Positions 21,530 to 30,303 are shown, counted from the stretch's first letter. The stretch is DNA of 64,000 bases from an uncultured delta proteobacterium (GCA_963711565.1 CAVQEQ010000004.1:736001-800000); one strand, 5' to 3'. Notes: generated by a model from the sequence alone, not told the origin. Program-made: numbers and translations.

Positions 21530-22333
21530 ATGTACTTGTTGCTGGTGGAAGACAACCCTACGGATCGGATGGTTATCGAGGCCCGGCTTCGGCACGCGTT
21601 TCCGAGCGCGCAGATCATGGCCGCTGACGATCCGATCGCGATGAACGAGCAGCTCAAGCGCGACGGCTGCGACATCGTCATCACTGACTATTGGCTGGGG
21701 TGGAGCGACGGTCTGTCGATCCTCCAGCGGGTGCGCGAGCGGTGGCCGCGGAGCCGGGTAATCATGCTCACGGGCAATGGCGGCGAAGAGGTGATGGCCG
21801 GTGCGTTCAAGCACGGGCTGTATCACTACCTGCTCAAGCCGGACGGGTTCGACGAGCTGGCGGCGGTCACTGGGGCCGCGATGGAGAGCAAGCGGCGCGA
21901 TGATTTCAACGAGCTGATGGCGATGATCGTCAACTCGATTCCTGACGGTGTTCACTGCGTGGACGCGGCCGGGACAATCACGGCGATTAACGCGGCGGCG
22001 CGCCGGATGTATGGGTACGCCGAGGCTGAGATTGTCGGGCGCAGCAGCGAGATCCTGCTGCCGGTCGGGCAGCGCGACGAAATCCGGCGGCTGCATGAGC
22101 GAGCGCTGGGCGGGGAAATCGTGCCTCGGTTCGCGATGCTGCAAATCCGCCGCGACGGCGCCGAAATACCGGTGTTGATGACGATACTGCCAATGCGTCA
22201 CGGCGGCGACGCAATAGCGAATGTGGCGTTTATTGCAACTGCCGTCGGCAAAGCTGCTCGCGAGGGCGGCATGGCAAGTGCGCGTGAGGAGTCGCATCCG
22301 CCGCGGCATGGATCGTCGTTAAGCGTCCACTAG
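21530..22333 (+). CDS. Response regulator with C-terminal PAS domain
   Basis: LLLVEDN, ITDYWL, LLKP receiver; NAAARRMYGY PAS. Confidence 0.85.
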   Translation: MYLLLVEDNPTDRMVIEARLRHAFPSAQIMAADDPIAMNEQLKRDGCDIVITDYWLGWSDGLSILQRVRERWPRSRVIMLTGNGGEEVMAGAFKHGLYHYLLKPDGFDELAAVTGAAMESKRRDDFNELMAMIVNSIPDGVHCVDAAGTITAINAAARRMYGYAEAEIVGRSSEILLPVGQRDEIRRLHERALGGEIVPRFAMLQIRRDGAEIPVLMTILPMRHGGDAIANVAFIATAVGKAAREGGMASAREESHPPRHGSSLSVH

Positions 22334-22460
22334 CCCGGTCGCGCGCGGCTGGGTCAAGGATGCGGAGTGGGCTCGCACGAGATCGCACGAATAACCGGAA
22401 GATGAACTAAAAGAGCGCCGCTACCTTGGAGCGCGCCGGAGGACTAAAGTAACCGGTCTG

Positions 22461-23879
22461 ATGGCGCACGAAATCGGCACGCACAAACTCACCGAGCACG
22501 GCGCGTTGAATCACGTGCCGATATATCGCAGCCGGCCGATAAGGATCGCGCTCTACTACGCCCTCGGCGGTCTCATCTGGGTCGCGGTCTCCGATCGGGT
22601 GCTATCGCTGATGCCGGCGCATTCGTACACCCTCAACCGGCTGATGTTCGTCGGCGTGAACGCGCTGCTGCTCTACCTGGTCGCCGCCCGCTACATGAAG
22701 ACGATTCGCATCTCGGTGGCGGCGCGGGAGGAAGCGCTGGTGCGTGCGCGCGGCTACTTCGAGTCCTCGGTCGAGGGAATTATCTCGGCGGACAGCAACG
22801 GGATGATTCGACAGCTCAATCCGCGCGGGCAGGAGATGTTCGGCTACCATGAAATGGAGCTGGTCGGTCAGCCGATAGAAGTGCTGGTGCCGCAACGTTT
22901 CCAGTATCGCCACGAGGCGCATCGCAGCGCTTTTTTTCTCACGCCAAAATCCCGCAAGATGGGCCGCGGGATGGAGATTGCGGGACGCCGCAAAGACGGC
23001 AGCGAATTTCCCGTCGAGATCAGCCTGAACGTCGTGCATACCCATCGCGGCAAGCTGGTGATCGCGTTCGTCACCGACATCACCGAGCGCCGCGCGATGG
23101 AGCGCGTAGCGCGGCGCAATGAAACGGTCGATGCACTGGCCGCGGTGGCGGCCGGAATCGCGCACGAATTGAACAATCCGCTGGCCGTGATGGCGTCGCG
23201 AATCGAGCTGATGCTGGCGGCGGATCAGGATCTCAGCGTGCAGACGCGCGACGATCTGCTGGTGCTGCAGAAGAACATCGAACGCGCCAGCCGGATCTCG
23301 CACAACATGCTGTCACTGGCGCGTCAGCGGCCGGGCGCGCGGCAAGCAGTGGACATGAACGCGGCGGTCGAAGAGGCGATCATGATAGTCGGCGCTGAGC
23401 CCAGGGGCGGCGTGTTGCGCTACGAAACGATCCTCGATCGGTCGCTGCCGCCGGTGATGGCGGAGCCGACGGGCGTCGAGCAGGTGCTGATCAACTTTAT
23501 TCTGAATGCGCGCGACGCGGGCGCGCACTTGATCCGAATCGAGACTGGGTGGGCGCCGGGACGCGCCGGTCACCTTAGCTTGTCGATCACGGATGACGGC
23601 GCGGGAATCGCGAGCGACGTGCTCGGCAAACTGTTTCAGCCGTTTTTCACGACCAAAGCGAAGGGGACAGGCTTGGGCCTGTGGCTGAGCCAGCGTATCG
23701 TGCAGGACCACGGCGGCAGTATCACGGTCGAATCGATCGTGGGCGAAGGCACCACATTCGCGATAACGTTGCCGACGATGGGCGAGTCGTCGTCGGACCG
23801 CGCGAAGCTTACTCCGCGCGGCGAATCGCCGGCGTCGTCGCAAATCGCCGCGGCGCGAAGCAATCAGTCGGGCCGCTAG
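22461..23879 (+). CDS. PAS sensor histidine kinase
   Basis: Two TM segments, PAS, AHELNNPL H-box, DDGAGI, GTGLGL. Confidence 0.9.
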   Translation: MAHEIGTHKLTEHGALNHVPIYRSRPIRIALYYALGGLIWVAVSDRVLSLMPAHSYTLNRLMFVGVNALLLYLVAARYMKTIRISVAAREEALVRARGYFESSVEGIISADSNGMIRQLNPRGQEMFGYHEMELVGQPIEVLVPQRFQYRHEAHRSAFFLTPKSRKMGRGMEIAGRRKDGSEFPVEISLNVVHTHRGKLVIAFVTDITERRAMERVARRNETVDALAAVAAGIAHELNNPLAVMASRIELMLAADQDLSVQTRDDLLVLQKNIERASRISHNMLSLARQRPGARQAVDMNAAVEEAIMIVGAEPRGGVLRYETILDRSLPPVMAEPTGVEQVLINFILNARDAGAHLIRIETGWAPGRAGHLSLSITDDGAGIASDVLGKLFQPFFTTKAKGTGLGLWLSQRIVQDHGGSITVESIVGEGTTFAITLPTMGESSSDRAKLTPRGESPASSQIAAARSNQSGR

Positions 23880-23894
23880 CGGGCTCGGGCGCCG

Positions 23895-24263
23895 ATGGCT
23901 GCGCAAGCAAAAATTCTGATCGTTGATGACGAGCGCGATCTCGTCGACGCGTACGTGCGGCTGCTCGAGCGCGCGGGCCATCGATGTCTCGCAGCATTCG
24001 ACGCAAACGAGGCGATCCAGCTAATCGACGCCGAGTCGCCTGACGTGGTGATTACTGACCTGAGCCTGCCCGACACCAGCGGCATCGAGATCATCCGTCA
24101 CGTGCGCGCGAAGTCGGCGTCCACGCCGATAATCGTGATGTCGGGCCACAACACGCCCGAACTAAACAACGCGGCGCACGCCGCCGGCGCGAACATCTCG
24201 CTCCTGAAGCCGGTCTCGATCGCCGAGTTGCAGCGGGTGATTGTCGAAGCGCTGGCGCGCTGA
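23895..24263 (+). CDS. Single-domain response regulator
   Basis: ILIVDDE, ITDLSLP, MSG, LLKP. Confidence 0.9.
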   Translation: MAAQAKILIVDDERDLVDAYVRLLERAGHRCLAAFDANEAIQLIDAESPDVVITDLSLPDTSGIEIIRHVRAKSASTPIIVMSGHNTPELNNAAHAAGANISLLKPVSIAELQRVIVEALAR

Positions 24264-24469
24264 ATCGAGCCTGTCGCTGCACCATCTGCTCATCGATAAA
24301 ATCGGAAGCTGATCCTCCGCCTAGTCGCCAAGCCTAAGCTCTTGTGCGCGAAAGCCGTCCAGACCGGAGAAGCAGGTACGGTTTCACGGACGGCCACACA
24401 TCTTCGGAACGCCTTGATTGAGTTGCATAGAAATAATATATTAGATATATCCAAGGAGCTAATGGATAT

Positions 24470-24949
24470 ATGGGATTTCAAATAGAAATCGACTTTGAAG
24501 TGAATCAGAGAATTTGGGCAGAAAGAAGGTCCGAGGAGGAGTCTGATAACGATGTAATCAGAAGGCTGTTGCGAATGTCGCCTAAAAATGGCGGCCGATC
24601 GCAGAAAGCGAGTGAATTCAGTTCCGAGAAAGGTGCTTGGGTATGGAAGGGAGTGACACTTCCTGCTCATACGCAACTGCGCATGGACTACCTAAGCCAG
24701 CGCTATCAAGGTGAGGTACGTGGAGATGGGAAATGGTGGATCAATGAGAGATTCTTCAGGACGCCCTCCGAAGCAGCAAAGAGCTTGGCGCGTACTCGCG
24801 AAGGGAAGGAACCAAGCCTTGATGGTTGGAAGTATTGGTACGTAAAGCGGCCATCAGACCGAGATTGGATTCTGGTGGATGAGTTCAGAAAAGGTCTCGG
24901 CAATGGCCGCCCACACAAGAAGCCATCTATGGAGGATCGGAGTATTTGA
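24470..24949 (+). CDS. Hypothetical protein: SeqA_N-like ribbon-helix-helix plus RAMA/DUF4357-like domain
   Basis: IEIDFEV...ESDNDVIRRLL N-terminus; FRTPSEAA...DGWKYW C-terminus; lower GC, aaggag RBS. Confidence 0.55.
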   Translation: MGFQIEIDFEVNQRIWAERRSEEESDNDVIRRLLRMSPKNGGRSQKASEFSSEKGAWVWKGVTLPAHTQLRMDYLSQRYQGEVRGDGKWWINERFFRTPSEAAKSLARTREGKEPSLDGWKYWYVKRPSDRDWILVDEFRKGLGNGRPHKKPSMEDRSI

Positions 24950-24984
24950 TCGCTCAACAGAAACGTAGGTATCCCAGGGCGCGG

Positions 24985-25113
24985 GCGGCGCTGACCTCTC
25001 GCTCCTGAAGCCGGTCTCGATCGTCGCGCTGCAACGCGTAATCATCGAAGCCCTCGCACGCTGAATTGCTGCGGCGCGGGCGGCAGTTTGCTCGGCGACA
25101 ATCGGAAGCTCAT
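24985..25113 (+). repeat. Diverged copy of the response-regulator 3' end and downstream sequence (original about 24183-24313)
   Basis: tctcgctcctgaagccggtctcgatcg is identical in both; translations VSIAELQRVIVEALAR* and VSIVALQRVIIEALAR*; both followed by aatcggaagct. Confidence 0.85.
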
Positions 25114-25124
25114 CGTTCAATTTC

Positions 25125-25688
25125 ATGGCACCGGGCGACCAAACTACCCGAGTTTTTCGCAATGTTACGATCGAGGGCAGGATCTACGACCTGTCGCACC
25201 TCGACCAGTTCACGTTCGAGTTCGTGGTGCCCGAAAAGGACGGAAGACCACGGCAAGCATATGGAATTGACGTCCTGTTCAGCTGGCACTGTTTTACCCG
25301 CGGAATAGCAGAAGGCGAACACCTCCCGGAGGCCTTGGCTTACAGTCGTGGCCGCGAGACTCGCCTGTTCGACGAGCGTCGCTATCGTTTCTCACGGCAA
25401 CTGCCGAGCATTATTAGAGGCATTGGCACGCGAAAATGCTTCCACTCCGGCAAAGGCAATTTCTTCACGGTCGAGCTTACAGACGAGGAAGGAAGCCGAA
25501 TCGACTATACTATCTTCTTCAAAGTTTCACGGACCGCAAAGCGAGGTGCGCTAACTCTCCGCGTAGAGAGTGCCTATGCCCGAGACAACAGAGTGCCGCT
25601 TGGGCGCTCGCGGCCGCCGCGGCCCATTCGCTTTTCGGTCATTGCGTACAACACCGCAACAGGTAAGCCAATCAAGGAGCCGAAATGA
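25125..25688 (+). CDS. YjaZ/HtrC-like protein (putative RNase/toxin)
   Basis: YDLSHL, FSWHCFT, R-x-F-x3-RY, LRVESAY and FSVIAYN resemble E. coli YjaZ as recalled. Confidence 0.6.
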   Translation: MAPGDQTTRVFRNVTIEGRIYDLSHLDQFTFEFVVPEKDGRPRQAYGIDVLFSWHCFTRGIAEGEHLPEALAYSRGRETRLFDERRYRFSRQLPSIIRGIGTRKCFHSGKGNFFTVELTDEEGSRIDYTIFFKVSRTAKRGALTLRVESAYARDNRVPLGRSRPPRPIRFSVIAYNTATGKPIKEPK

Positions 25689-25714
25689 AAAAGGCCCTTC
25701 GTAGAAGGACCTTT
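25688..25714 (-). terminator. Rho-independent terminator of the putative ncRNA (possibly bidirectional)
   Basis: Minus strand AAGGUCCUUC-UAC-GAAGGGCCUU followed by UUU. Confidence 0.75.
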
Positions 25715-25813
25715 CTCTGAATTCCGCTGGGAACCTCTTGGCTATCACCACACTTGGGTGGAGACCGGAATACCGGCGGGCGAGCGCTTGCACCCAGCTT
25801 AGGCGCTCTTGAT
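25688..25813 (-). ncRNA. Putative structured ncRNA of about 125 nt, convergent with the yjaZ-like gene
   Basis: Own promoter; GAGCGC/GCGCUC stem whose loop UGGGUG can pair with downstream CACCCA; intrinsic terminator. Confidence 0.6.
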
Positions 25814-25818
25814 CAGGG

Positions 25819-25847
25819 AATATAACAAATGCGCCTGTTTCAAACAA
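25819..25847 (-). promoter_or_regulatory. Sigma70 extended -10 promoter for the putative ncRNA
   Basis: TTGTTT (25847-25842), 17 bp, TGt-TATATT (25824-25819). Confidence 0.6.
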
Positions 25848-25859
25848 ACCCAAGTTGAG

Positions 25860-26984
25860 TTACAGCGTGCGTTTGAAGGAGACGCTGGCGAGGATCAGCA
25901 TCAGCAACATGAAGATCAGCAGGAATGCTATGTCGCCGCTTACGGCGGTGAAGTCGGCGCCTTTGAAGAGGATCTGTTTGATTGCGCTTACTGAGTGAGT
26001 TTCGGGATTGAAGCGGGCGAAAGTTCGCAGCCACGGCGGGAAGCTTTCGACCGGATAGATCGCGCCGCTCGGGAAGAACAGGATCACGTTCAGAAATCCC
26101 GAGAACGTTCCCACCAGGCGCGGATGGCCCGCGCGGCCGAGCATCGAGAACGTCATCGCGAGCAGGCCGGTCGCGCTGATGATGATTATCCCGATCAGCA
26201 TCAACAGCGCCGTCGGGCCGCCGAGGATTCGCCCGCGCGTGATCATCAGTCCCAGGAACAAGACCAGGATGCCGCCGATGCTGGTCACCGTCACGCCGCT
26301 GGCCAGGATGCCGCCGGCGATGTCCCAGCGCGAAAGCGGAGTCACCAGGTAGCATTCGGTGACGCCCATGAATTTATCCATCACCCAGTTGAACACGCCG
26401 GACATCAGCGAGCCCATGAAGATCGCCATCACGATGACGCCGGGGATAAGCGAGCGATCGTAGTCAACGTACGGGAACAGCCAACTCGGGCGCAGTGAGA
26501 TCTCGTTGAGCTTGGGCTCGCGCGCGGTCACGAAGGTGACTCTCACGGTTGCGGCGGCCGAGTCGAGCACGCTTTCAAGGGTTTCCGAACTGACGCTGTC
26601 GACGTTGTCGGTGAACAATCCGATCTGCGCGATGCGGCCCTCGGCAACGTCGTGGCTGAAGTCGGGCGGGATGACGACGACGCCCTTGTAGAGCCCGTCG
26701 CGGACTTCGTCAACTGCGTTGCCCGGGTCGCTCTCGAAGGTGAGGTCGACGGTCTTCGGTCCCGCCTGCAACGCGAGCAACTGTTCGACGATGCGGCGCG
26801 CATAGAGTCCGTGATCCTGCGAGACGACGACGACGGGCAGGTGCTTGAGCTGGCCCTGGAACGAGTTGCCGATGATCACAAGATAAACGATCGGCATCAG
26901 GATGACGGAGATGAGCGTGATGGGATTGCGCGTCAGCTTCTTCAAGTCGCGGCGCATGATGGCGAGGAATTTGAGCCCGAACAT
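25860..26984 (-). CDS. ABC-2 type transporter permease
   Basis: N-terminal TM, periplasmic loop, FFPSGAIYPVESFPPWL. Confidence 0.88.
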   Translation of the reverse strand: MFGLKFLAIMRRDLKKLTRNPITLISVILMPIVYLVIIGNSFQGQLKHLPVVVVSQDHGLYARRIVEQLLALQAGPKTVDLTFESDPGNAVDEVRDGLYKGVVVIPPDFSHDVAEGRIAQIGLFTDNVDSVSSETLESVLDSAAATVRVTFVTAREPKLNEISLRPSWLFPYVDYDRSLIPGVIVMAIFMGSLMSGVFNWVMDKFMGVTECYLVTPLSRWDIAGGILASGVTVTSIGGILVLFLGLMITRGRILGGPTALLMLIGIIIISATGLLAMTFSMLGRAGHPRLVGTFSGFLNVILFFPSGAIYPVESFPPWLRTFARFNPETHSVSAIKQILFKGADFTAVSGDIAFLLIFMLLMLILASVSFKRTL

Positions 26985-26994
26985 CGCGTCCTCC

Positions 26995-28002
26995 TCAGCG
27001 CTGCTGCGGCATCCCGGCGCCGACGAACAGGCTGACCTTTTTGGCCGGCTCGTCGCGGAGCGTGCGCCCGGTGAAATGGATGAAGACGTCTTCGAGCGAG
27101 AGCTTCTGCACGGTGATCGAAGTCACGCGATCGCCGGCGTGTTCGATGGCCTCGAGGATTTTCGGAATCGCGTGCGCCCCGTCGTTGGACGAAAGTTGCA
27201 GGCGGTTTCCGCCGTCGAGATTCACCTCGCGCAGATAGGGCATCGGCTTCAGCATGTCGGCGATAGCGGCCGGATTTTTTTCGACCACGAGATCGATTCG
27301 GTCCGCGCCAGGCACCATCGATTTGAGTCCGATTGGCGTGTCGAGCGCGATTATCTTGCCGCCGTCGACGATTGCGATCCGATCGCAGAGCGACTCGGCC
27401 TCGTCCATGTAATGCGTGGTGAGCGAGATGGTGATCTCGCTTTCCTTGCGCAGAGTTTCGAGCAAATCCCACACGGCGCGGCGGCTTTGCGGGTCGAGTC
27501 CGATAGTCGGCTCGTCGAGGAACAGCACGTCGGGCGAATGAATCAGGCCGCGCGCGATTTCGAGCCGGCGGCGCATCCCGCCCGAGTACGTGGCGACGAG
27601 ATCGTTGGCGCGCTCGGTCAGCCCGACCATGTGCAACAGGCGATGACCGCGTTCGCGGCGCTCGCGGCGCGACAGGCCGAAGAACTCGCCGTAAATGTCG
27701 ACGTTCTCCCATCCGGTGAGATCGAGATCGGAGGTGAGCGCCTGCGGGATGACGCCGATATTCTCGCGTACCTGGCGCGGATGACGCGCGACGTCGAAGC
27801 CGGCGACGAACGCCTGGCCGCCGCTCGGCGTTATCAACGTCGTCAGCATCCGCACCACGGTCGTCTTGCCTGCGCCGTTGGGGCCGAGCAGCCCGAAGAC
27901 CTCGCCACGGCGGACCTCGAAGTTGACCTTGTCAACGGCGGTGAAAGTGCCGAACCGCTTAGTCAGGTCTTTGGTTTGTATTGCTGCTGAGTCGGGTTCC
28001 AT
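26995..28002 (-). CDS. ABC transporter ATP-binding protein (DrrA-like)
   Basis: GPNGAGKT, YSGGMRRR, FLDEPT. Confidence 0.92.
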   Translation of the reverse strand: MEPDSAAIQTKDLTKRFGTFTAVDKVNFEVRRGEVFGLLGPNGAGKTTVVRMLTTLITPSGGQAFVAGFDVARHPRQVRENIGVIPQALTSDLDLTGWENVDIYGEFFGLSRRERRERGHRLLHMVGLTERANDLVATYSGGMRRRLEIARGLIHSPDVLFLDEPTIGLDPQSRRAVWDLLETLRKESEITISLTTHYMDEAESLCDRIAIVDGGKIIALDTPIGLKSMVPGADRIDLVVEKNPAAIADMLKPMPYLREVNLDGGNRLQLSSNDGAHAIPKILEAIEHAGDRVTSITVQKLSLEDVFIHFTGRTLRDEPAKKVSLFVGAGMPQQR

Positions 28003-28846
28003 CGTTGCGCGGAAACGTGACTTCCGCGGTCATCCCGGGTTTGAGCTCGCCCTCGGCTTGCAGCACCTGGACCTTGACGTAGAACGTGCGAATGTCCTGG
28101 CGCCCGCGCCGCACGTCGCGCTCGGTCGCGAACTGGCCCTCCTGTCCGATTGCCATGATCCGGCCGGTGAAAATCTGCGGCGGATCGGTCGGCAGTTCGA
28201 CCTGCGCCGACTTGCCGATGTAGAGCGAGCCGAGGTCGGTCTCTTCGACGTCGACGCGCGCCCAGATTGTCGAGAGGTCGTCGACGGTCAGAATCGGCAC
28301 GCCCGGCGTCACCCATTCGCCGACTTCGAGCGCCTTGCTGACGATGACCCCATCGACCGGCGACTTGATCTCGGTGTCGACGATTTGGTCGGCGTAGAAC
28401 TTCGCGTTGGCCTGCCCGCTGAGCACGTCGGCCTCGTCCTGCTGTACGGCCGTGATGGAATCGTCGCGAGTCTTGGTGGCAATCACATTGGCTTTCGCCA
28501 GAGCCTCGTTGCGTACGAGGTCGCGCCGCGCTTGCGCCAGGTTGGCCTCCGAATGAGCGAGATCAGCCTGCGACTTGGCCAATTCGTTTCTGAGATCGAT
28601 GTCCTCGATCAGCGCAACCACCTGGCCTTTCTGGACGTGGTCGCCTTCGAGCAGATCGAGTTGCTTGATGCGGCCGCCGATGCGGCTGGTGATATTTACT
28701 TCGGGCGCTTCGATCATGCCGACGACCTTAATCGTCGAACGATCCTCTGGCGGCCATAAGTAGGTGCGTCCGAAAAAATAAAATCCGAAGATAATACCGG
28801 CCAGGATTCCCAGCCGAATTACCCGGCGAACCAGGGTTCGAATCAT
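27959..28846 (-). CDS. HlyD-family efflux periplasmic adaptor
   Basis: TM anchor, EGDHVQKGQ, IKSPVDG, LKPGMTA. Confidence 0.88.
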   Translation of the reverse strand: MIRTLVRRVIRLGILAGIIFGFYFFGRTYLWPPEDRSTIKVVGMIEAPEVNITSRIGGRIKQLDLLEGDHVQKGQVVALIEDIDLRNELAKSQADLAHSEANLAQARRDLVRNEALAKANVIATKTRDDSITAVQQDEADVLSGQANAKFYADQIVDTEIKSPVDGVIVSKALEVGEWVTPGVPILTVDDLSTIWARVDVEETDLGSLYIGKSAQVELPTDPPQIFTGRIMAIGQEGQFATERDVRRGRQDIRTFYVKVQVLQAEGELKPGMTAEVTFPRNDGTRLSSNTNQRPD

Positions 28847-29505
28847 TGCGGATGCACTACCTTAAGCGACTGCGACGGGTCCGCGCCGAGCGACCGGAGC
28901 ATCAGGTTGCCGAGATCGCGGCTGAGCTCGGAGACCGGGCGGCCGGCGCCGTAGTAGAGCAACAGCGAGCGAATCGCGCCCTGGATCGTGAACGTCGCGA
29001 GGCGCGGATCGACGCGCGTGAAAACTCCGGCGCGGATTCCTTCTTCGATTAGCGAGGCGAAAAAATTGAAGCCGCGTTCGCGCGATCCGTCGATAATCCG
29101 ATTGCGCGCATCGGACAGCCGCGGCTCCTCCATTGCGTAGAACTGAAGAAAATCTCGCCGCTGATCGAAGAATTCCACCATCACGCCGATCGAACGCCTC
29201 AGCCGCTCGACCACCGGCAGCTTGGGATCCGCGCTGGCCTGATAGGTGCGATAGGCGGTGTCGAGACCGTCGCTCAAAACGCCGAGGTAGAGCGCGTCCT
29301 TCGACGGGAAGTAGAGATAGAGCGTTCCTTTGGCGACCCGGGCGGCCTCGGCGACGCGGTCCATCGTGACGGCCTGGTAGGGCTCGTGCGCGAAGAGCTT
29401 GAGGGCGGCGGCGAGGATACGCTCGCGCTTGGCGGCCTGCTCGTCGTGGACGTGAAAGGGGCGACCATTGGAGATTACAGCCGAATTTGTGTTTGTTCTG
29501 TCCAT
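28843..29505 (-). CDS. TetR/AcrR family regulator
   Basis: VTMDRVAEAARVAKGTLYLYFPSKDAL. Confidence 0.9.
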   Translation of the reverse strand: MDRTNTNSAVISNGRPFHVHDEQAAKRERILAAALKLFAHEPYQAVTMDRVAEAARVAKGTLYLYFPSKDALYLGVLSDGLDTAYRTYQASADPKLPVVERLRRSIGVMVEFFDQRRDFLQFYAMEEPRLSDARNRIIDGSRERGFNFFASLIEEGIRAGVFTRVDPRLATFTIQGAIRSLLLYYGAGRPVSELSRDLGNLMLRSLGADPSQSLKVVHPQ

Positions 29506-29507
29506 AA

Positions 29508-29552
29508 ACTGACCAGTCAGTCATATTTAGAGTGCGTGAGGTTGCGAGTCAA
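29508..29552 (-). promoter_or_regulatory. Promoter plus TetR operator palindrome
   Basis: TTGACT-17-TAAATA; actgac-ca-gtcagt palindrome at 29508-29521. Confidence 0.65.
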
Positions 29553-29582
29553 CCCAGTCAGGACGTCTGTCGCCGGAATTGG

Positions 29583-29611
29583 TTGCGCGTCCTGTCGGGC
29601 GTGCCTAGACT
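29583..29611 (+). promoter_or_regulatory. tRNA promoter
   Basis: TTGCGC-17-TAGACT upstream of the tRNA 5' half. Confidence 0.55.
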
Positions 29612-29638
29612 GCTGAACTTCGAAAGCTGGTCACGCAG

Positions 29639-29678
29639 GCGCCCGTAGCTCAACTGGATAGAGCATCAGACTTCGGAT
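29639..29678 (+). tRNA. 5' half only of tRNA-Arg(TCG), truncated at the anticodon loop (island junction)
   Basis: GCGCCCGTAGCTCAACTGGATAGAGCATCAGACTTCGGAT is followed by ACGAC instead of CTGA; no T-arm or acceptor 3' strand follows. Confidence 0.85.
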
Positions 29679-29820
29679 ACGACCCAGCCAGGTAACGCGT
29701 CGAGAAAAAGTCAGTCTCAGCAAGACGAAAGGCCCTTGTGCCAGAAGGGGTTCGCGCGTTGTCTTCGTTCGCGCAGATTCTCTCCGAGTCTCGTCGAATC
29801 GACCCGATTCTGGTCACAAA

Positions 29821-29906
29821 TGCCCAACTATTGCCCAACTGTTTTTTGGGCCGCTGGAGATCGGCAAACGTCCGATCCAACGCTCATGCCCAACTCCTGC
29901 CCAACT
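29821..29906 (+). repeat. Four TGCCCAACT direct repeats (integrase arm-type sites)
   Basis: Copies at 29821, 29832, 29887 and 29898: two pairs with 11-bp period, pairs 66 bp apart. Confidence 0.7.
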
Positions 29907-29975
29907 CGCAATTAGATTTGCAGTCTCATCGAAGGATAGACGCTCATAAGGAATGATTTACGAGGAGGTACTGAG

Positions 29976-30296
29976 ATGTCCGACTATGCTGCCAAAGTTG
30001 CAACCCTTAAGTCTGAGCGGGCAAAGCTTGCTCAACGGCAATCGGAGCTCGCCGCCCAGCGCCGTGAGGAAATCGGCCGACTCGCCGAGAGACTCGGCAC
30101 ACTCGAAATCGATGACGACGTGCTTGCCGGCATGTTCCTCGAATTGAAATCCGCAAAGGAGGGAGATGGCTCGCGTCTCAAGCAATTGCGAGACGTGGGC
30201 TGCCGGTTTCGTTCTCCCAAGCCTGAGCGCGCTAAGCGACACCCCGCGGATGCTGCGGCGCACGCGAACGGCACTGATTCGAATCGAAGCGTGTAG
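29976..30296 (+). CDS. traC: Ti-type conjugal transfer accessory protein, TraC-like
   Basis: Coiled coil, EIGRLAERLGTLEIDDDVL; position before traD; gaggagg RBS. Confidence 0.55.
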   Translation: MSDYAAKVATLKSERAKLAQRQSELAAQRREEIGRLAERLGTLEIDDDVLAGMFLELKSAKEGDGSRLKQLRDVGCRFRSPKPERAKRHPADAAAHANGTDSNRSV

Positions 30297-30303
30297 GGCA
30301 CGT

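Noticed and set aside
24310-24410. Second structured RNA upstream of the RAMA-like gene (gccgtcc/ggacggc stem, shared gcctaagct)
   Set aside because: One stem and a 9-bp match only; no clear promoter-terminator pair.
1128-28759. Long antisense and overlapping ORFs in the track (e.g. 3693-4703, 5733-7097, 7247-8536, 13686-14927, 26902-27990)
   Set aside because: Shadow frames of well-supported high-GC genes, with no recognisable motifs.
29821-29906. CRISPR array or iterons
   Set aside because: Repeats are only 9 bp in two pairs, with no spacers, cas genes or rep gene.
29679-29975. Group I intron or split tRNA explanation for the half tRNA
   Set aside because: No 3' exon (CTGA plus T-arm and acceptor strand) or intron core found before traC; arm-type repeats and tra genes fit an integration junction better.
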